Shown here one piece after another: positions 59,830 through 64,000 of a stretch of DNA of 64,000 nucleotides. The position numbers and the translations under genes are program-made. Each line of letters starts with the position of its first letter. The stretch's first letter is position 1. The notes below the pieces were generated by a model. The model made no database searches. It was given only the letters and a program-made list of their open reading frames with translations, and was not told the origin of the DNA. The stretch lies in contig JACPRC010000202.1 of NCBI GenBank assembly GCA_016190175.1, positions 11,750 through 75,749 on the forward strand, given 5' to 3'. This DNA comes from Planctomycetota bacterium. GTDB taxonomy: Bacteria; Planctomycetota; MHYJ01; JACPRB01.

Positions 59830-61302
59830 ATGATTCTCCTGTTGGTCGCGCTGCTTCCGGCAAACGACGACGCCGTCTCCCGTTTCGCCGCGTGGCTCGA
59901 GGGCCTGACGCCCGACGAGTACGAGTTCGTCGAGGGGCGCGCGGTCAGGCAGGCCGGCGAGGCGGCCGCCGAGTTCGTCGATTCGGGCAAGGACCTCCTC
60001 GCCGCCGTGCGCGCCGCGTTTCGGACCGCGAGACGCCCGCACACGCAGGTCAACCTCGTGCGCCTCGCCTCCGTGATCGAGACGAAAGAGGCGTGGACGT
60101 TCGTCGCATCCAAGGCCGCCGACCGCAAGCTCGACACGAGCGTGCGCGTCGAGGCCGTGCGCGCGCTGGCGTCGGGCGGCTCGCCCGATTCCGCGCCGCT
60201 CCTGCGCACGTTCCTCGTGGACCCCTCGTGGCAGGTGCGCAAGAACGCCGCCTGCGGGCTCGCCCGCGAGGGCGGCCCCCAGGACGTCCGCATCCTGATC
60301 GCGAGCAAGGACCCCTTCCTGCGGTGGGGCGCCGCGCTCGGACTCGCGACCCGGAGCGGGCGCGCGTCCGACGACCTCGCCCCCCTTCTCCTGGAATGGT
60401 GCGTGCGCGAGACCGACCCGCAGGTGATCGCGTGGGTCCCCGCCGCGGCGCGGAACGTCGTCTCTGATCCGCGCTCGCTGGTCCATCCCTTCCTCAGCGC
60501 GCTCGCGCGGCGCGACACGGACGCCGAAAAGGCGTTCCACGTCCTCTCCGCCGCGTTCGACGTGGAGCCGTCCGTCGTCCTCGATGTCTTCGCGGCGTGC
60601 TACGAGAGAGGCACGAACGACGGGATCACGATCCCGACGGGCACCGTCCCTTGGGCGGCCGTGGCCGGGATCCTCGAACTCGCGGTCACGCCCGCGTGCG
60701 CCCGCGCGATCCGGTGCGTCCTCGACGACGACAGGCTCCTCGCGTGCGGCGCGACCCTGCCCGAGACCTCCGCGCCGAATTGGCTCCACGCGTCGCTGAA
60801 GTCGGCCGCCGCGCGCATCGTCGCGGTCCGCGGCAACGTCAAGGCGGCCGGGCTCCTCCGCCGGGAACTCGAAGACGGCGCTCCGGCGGGCCATGCCGCG
60901 GAAATCGTGGATCTCCTGCTCGCGCTCGTTCCCACCGCGGACTCGGCGGGCTTTCTCAAGGGGCTCGCCGCGGACGCCGCGCGTCCCGCGGAAGTCCGTA
61001 CGGCGGCGCTCGCCGGTTACGCCGCGGCGTCGCGCGAGGTGGGCCTCCCCGTCCTGACCGCGGCGTTGAAGGATCCGCGGGAGAAATTCCGGGAGCGCGC
61101 CGCGTCCCTCCTCGCGCTCTCGGCCTACTGCCTCGGCCGCGACGCCGAGGCCGTCCGCGCCCTCGAAGCCGCCCTCAAGACGGAATCCTCCGCTGAAACT
61201 CGGCGCGCGATCCAAAGATCCCTCGCGATGCTCCGTACGGTATCGAAGGAGGAGTCCGACCGCCGAGAGTACGCCGCCCGGTTCTTCGTGAAGCTGAGGT
61301 GA
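59830..61302 (+). CDS. HEAT-repeat protein
   Basis: VRVEAVRAL, DPSWQVRKNAA, DPFLRWGAA, VRTAAL, DPREKFRERAA. Confidence 0.75.
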   Translation: MILLLVALLPANDDAVSRFAAWLEGLTPDEYEFVEGRAVRQAGEAAAEFVDSGKDLLAAVRAAFRTARRPHTQVNLVRLASVIETKEAWTFVASKAADRKLDTSVRVEAVRALASGGSPDSAPLLRTFLVDPSWQVRKNAACGLAREGGPQDVRILIASKDPFLRWGAALGLATRSGRASDDLAPLLLEWCVRETDPQVIAWVPAAARNVVSDPRSLVHPFLSALARRDTDAEKAFHVLSAAFDVEPSVVLDVFAACYERGTNDGITIPTGTVPWAAVAGILELAVTPACARAIRCVLDDDRLLACGATLPETSAPNWLHASLKSAAARIVAVRGNVKAAGLLRRELEDGAPAGHAAEIVDLLLALVPTADSAGFLKGLAADAARPAEVRTAALAGYAAASREVGLPVLTAALKDPREKFRERAASLLALSAYCLGRDAEAVRALEAALKTESSAETRRAIQRSLAMLRTVSKEESDRREYAARFFVKLR

Positions 61303-61306
61303 TCCG

Positions 61307-62638
61307 GTGAACACCGTTCTCGCGTGGTTCGTCGTCGCCTTCCTTGCGCCGGCCGACGACACGGCCGAGCGGCAGAGGGCGCTCCTCAAGAAGGCCCTGG
61401 AGAAGGCGGCCGAAAAGAACGCGAACCTCAAGGCGATGGAAGGAGACTTCGACAAGCTCATCGACCTCCTCGAGCCGCTCGCCAAGGGCGCCGACGGCCT
61501 CGACGACCTCAAGAAGGACCTCCTGAAGAACCCGGCGTACTGCGGCGATTTCAAGGAGAAACTCAAGAAGCTCCTGCCCAATCTCGACGCCCTCAAGGGC
61601 CTCGTCAACGCGCTTACGTCGGCGCTCGAGGAGATGACGCCCGAAGAGGCGGACAAGCCGGCGCACCAGGCGCTGCTGGACAAGTTCAAGTCGCTCCGGG
61701 ACGCGCTCGACACGTCGAAGCTCAAGATCAAGGAGAAGATCAAGCAGGCCGCCAAGCTGAAGCTCTACTGGATGGTCTTCTCCGGCATGCTGGACGACCT
61801 CTGCAAGGGGCTCCGCGTCGAGCCTCCCGCCGGCGGGCCGCCCGTGGCGCCCCCGAAGTCTCCCGACGCGAAGAACGAAGAGATGGGACAGCTCCCCCGG
61901 CGCAAGGTCGAGGACGGATTCAGGACCCTGCGCGATGCGCTGGCCAAGCAGGCCACGGATCTCACGCAAGGCCGCCTCGCCCCGATCGGACCCGGCACGG
62001 TCACGATCCCGCCGGGAAAGACCGCGGTCATCCGACTCGACGGCGCGATGTGCCTGCAGCCGGACGTCCCGCTGAAGAACGGCGAGTACGCGCTCCGCGG
62101 AGCGCCCTACTACCGCGCGAAGATCGTGGAACGCGGCGATGTCGGAAAGCCGGAGATTCACATCGCCAATCCCGGGGCCGATGCGATCCAGTTCCGAGGG
62201 AGCGACAAGCCGCACCTGATCGCGCCCGGAAAGGACGGCTTCGAGTTCGTCCCGCTGGAGAAGGTGGTCCCGGACCCCTCCATCCGACAGTTCACCGACC
62301 TTGCCGCGATGCGCGTGGAGCAGATCGTCCTCACCGATCCCGTGATGAGCCGCAATCCGGAGTACTTCCGCGCACTCATCAACCAGGCCATCCTCACGGC
62401 GAAGACCTACGCGCTCCCGAAGGACAAGCTGCAGGAGTATGTCCGCGCCCAGGTCGCGCTCCAGATCCCCAAGGAGACGAAGGACGCCGACAAGCTCGTC
62501 CAGAGGATCACCGCGATCGTCGTGGAGGCGGTGGACGAGACCTGCAAGGACGTCGAGAACGACCGCTTCGATCCGGACACGCTCGATGCGGTGCGGACGT
62601 TCGTGCCGGGGCGGAAGGCGAGGGTGGAGGTCAAGTAG
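61307..62638 (+). CDS. Hypothetical secreted protein, helical N-terminal half
   Basis: GAGGTG RBS; signal-like N-terminus; strong GC3 bias. Confidence 0.7.
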   Translation: MNTVLAWFVVAFLAPADDTAERQRALLKKALEKAAEKNANLKAMEGDFDKLIDLLEPLAKGADGLDDLKKDLLKNPAYCGDFKEKLKKLLPNLDALKGLVNALTSALEEMTPEEADKPAHQALLDKFKSLRDALDTSKLKIKEKIKQAAKLKLYWMVFSGMLDDLCKGLRVEPPAGGPPVAPPKSPDAKNEEMGQLPRRKVEDGFRTLRDALAKQATDLTQGRLAPIGPGTVTIPPGKTAVIRLDGAMCLQPDVPLKNGEYALRGAPYYRAKIVERGDVGKPEIHIANPGADAIQFRGSDKPHLIAPGKDGFEFVPLEKVVPDPSIRQFTDLAAMRVEQIVLTDPVMSRNPEYFRALINQAILTAKTYALPKDKLQEYVRAQVALQIPKETKDADKLVQRITAIVVEAVDETCKDVENDRFDPDTLDAVRTFVPGRKARVEVK

Positions 62639-62647
62639 GGCCGCGAC

Positions 62648-62684
62648 GTTACGTTTCGTAACATGCCGCGTTACCATTCGTAAC
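62648..62684. promoter_or_regulatory. Tandem palindromic sites GTTAC-N5-GTAAC (putative bEBP upstream activator sequences)
   Basis: GTTACGTTTCGTAAC (62648-62662) and GTTACCATTCGTAAC (62670-62684), 22 bp apart. Confidence 0.7.
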
Positions 62685-62725
62685 ATGCCCGACCCCGCGC
62701 GTTGGAAATGCACCGCGAACCCGCG

Positions 62726-62741
62726 TGGCCCGCGCCTTGCT
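62726..62741 (+). promoter_or_regulatory. Sigma54 (-24/-12) promoter
   Basis: TGGCCCGCGCCTTGCT versus consensus TGGCAC-N5-TTGCW, with exact GG-N10-GC spacing; predicted TSS about 62752. Confidence 0.75.
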
Positions 62742-62758
62742 CTATCCCCTCCGACTGC

Positions 62759-62848
62759 GGAGGGCGAAACCGCACGGCGCGGTCGTGGATTGACACTCCG
62801 TCGGTCGCCTGATGAAGGTGATGAGGTTCGACTCCTCCGCCCTCCGCC
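62759..62848 (+). tRNA. Non-canonical 8/4 tRNA (allo-tRNA-like), anticodon GAC, long variable arm, G73
   Basis: Acceptor GGAGGGCG/CGCCCTCC (8 bp); D stem ACCGC/GCGGT; anticodon stem GTGGA/TCCGT with loop TTGACAC; variable stem GTCGCCT/AGGTGAT; T stem GAGG/CCTC with loop TTCGACT; 3' G-CC(G). Confidence 0.82.
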
Positions 62849-62925
62849 GTCATTGATTCGAGACGCGGATGTGCTATCCTATGGTCGAGTGTCATTCCGC
62901 GCGCAGCTTGACGCTGCGTTCGCCC

Positions 62926-62957
62926 CGGGCTCCGATCTGCGTCGGAGCCCGCTTTGT
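62926..62957 (+). terminator. Intrinsic terminator-like hairpin
   Basis: cgggctccga-tctgcg-tcggagcccg followed by ctttgt (short U tract). Confidence 0.65.
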
Positions 62958-63029
62958 ATCCGAGACCGCCGCCCGGCGACCGCGCCCACGTCTTGACGGG
63001 AACCCCCGGTGAGGGAGCGGGCGCGATCG

Positions 63030-63998
63030 CTACTTCCCGCGCAGGCGCTCCAGCTCGCGGTTGAGCTGCCGCTGCGCTTCGAGCATCCGCCGGACCGTGC
63101 GGACGACCTCCTGGTAGCCGGCCCACTTCTCGACCGTCCTGCGCGCCAGCAGAATGCGCGAGATCGACGTGCTCATGGCGTCGAGCGCGGCGCGGAGCCT
63201 CTTCGACCGGCCGGCCCTCCCCTCCGCGGACGCGGCGTCCCCGAGCGCCCGCATGGCCGCCGGCGCGGGGCCGAGCCGTCTGCGGTCTCCGACGAGCTCG
63301 TCGAGCATCCGCAAGGCGGCGCGGAGATCCGCCCCCGCTTCCTCGCTGAAGAGGCGGTTGGAGATCCCACGCCGCTGCGCGCGGGCGAGGTCGTCCCGTA
63401 CCGCCACCAGATTGTCGGCGATCTCTCCTTGCTCGATCCGCAGGCTGCGCAGGCGGGAGCGCTGGTCGGCGCTCAGCTCCTCGGCAGCGGCGAAGTCCCG
63501 CTCCAGGCGGCCGGCCAGCGCGTAGGCATGCTCCTGTTTCTTGGCAAGTTGGTCGAGGCTCCGGAGGACGCGCTCGATCTCGTCCTTCAGCGCGGCCTCG
63601 ATGCGGGAGAGCGAGAGGAGCGCGATGCGCACCGTCCGCGAGATCGCAACGTTCCGTCCGCCGACGTCCTTCCGGTCCGCGGCACGGAAACGCACCTCGA
63701 TCTCGTCTCCCGCGCGGAGCCCGAGGGCGCGCGGATCCAGGATCCAGGCGACCAGCACGCTGCGCGCGCCGATTTCCCCTTTCACGATCATCGAGGGCGT
63801 GACGGGGGCCGACCGCCATTCGCCGCCCCCGGTCCGGCGCTCGATGGCGACTTCGGACACGCCGTGGTCGTCCTCGACCTCGGCGAGGAACGGCCGGATC
63901 CCGGACTCGGCGAGATCCTCGCTCTCCCCCGGGGGATCCCAGATGCGAAGCGCGGGCGCCGCATCCGCCTCACCCGCGATCGCGAAGCGGAGCGGTTC
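63030..63998 (-). CDS. DUF4175-like membrane/coiled-coil protein, C-terminal part (start lies beyond the window)
   Basis: Open to the window edge; EDDHGV...L..GDEIEVRFRAAD motif followed by coiled coil. Confidence 0.65.
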   Translation of the reverse strand, partial: EPLRFAIAGEADAAPALRIWDPPGESEDLAESGIRPFLAEVEDDHGVSEVAIERRTGGGEWRSAPVTPSMIVKGEIGARSVLVAWILDPRALGLRAGDEIEVRFRAADRKDVGGRNVAISRTVRIALLSLSRIEAALKDEIERVLRSLDQLAKKQEHAYALAGRLERDFAAAEELSADQRSRLRSLRIEQGEIADNLVAVRDDLARAQRRGISNRLFSEEAGADLRAALRMLDELVGDRRRLGPAPAAMRALGDAASAEGRAGRSKRLRAALDAMSTSISRILLARRTVEKWAGYQEVVRTVRRMLEAQRQLNRELERLRGK

Positions 63999-64000
63999 GC

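Noticed and set aside
62759..62848. tRNA-Sec (selC) or ordinary tRNA-Val
   Set aside because: The anticodon is GAC, not TCA, and the T stem is 4 bp (Sec is 8/5). Canonical tRNA-Val is 7/5 with a short variable loop and A73.

Overview
GC-rich (roughly 70% by eye) bacterial chromosomal segment. The gene content (several Ser/Thr kinase-TPR proteins, prepilin-type proteins, HEAT proteins, giant secreted proteins) suggests a Planctomycetota-like organism; this is inference only. In order: the end of a sigma54 enhancer-binding protein; an M1 peptidase lipoprotein; a PHP-type hydrolase; a class V aminotransferase; two Ser/Thr kinases (one frameshifted in a G9 run); a 2-oxoacid:ferredoxin oxidoreductase operon that continues into twin HEAT-tailed membrane proteins, a radical SAM/SPASM enzyme, hicBA and a membrane polyferredoxin; a T4P/T2SS-like operon interrupted by a four-helix-bundle gene; probable 6S RNA-rny-ymdB; a kinase-FecR-wza-wzc-exosortase cluster; two large surface proteins flanking a toxin-antitoxin cluster; and several secreted or HEAT proteins. 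The top finding is an unannotated non-canonical 8/4 tRNA (allo-tRNA-like) at 62759-62848, with serine-type identity features but a Val GAC anticodon. It has its own sigma54 -24/-12 promoter, two palindromic upstream enhancer-like sites and a terminator, making it a candidate inducible mistranslation module. Also notable: families of small inverted-repeat elements sitting at stop/start (ATGA) junctions, some translated as cleavable leader peptides; a rSAM/SPASM system with WTCYxM candidate substrates; an exosortase fused to a CTERM-like tail; MshEN-like kinases; and an in-frame UGA followed by a SECIS-like hairpin. All calls come from motif recognition by eye; no database searches were run.
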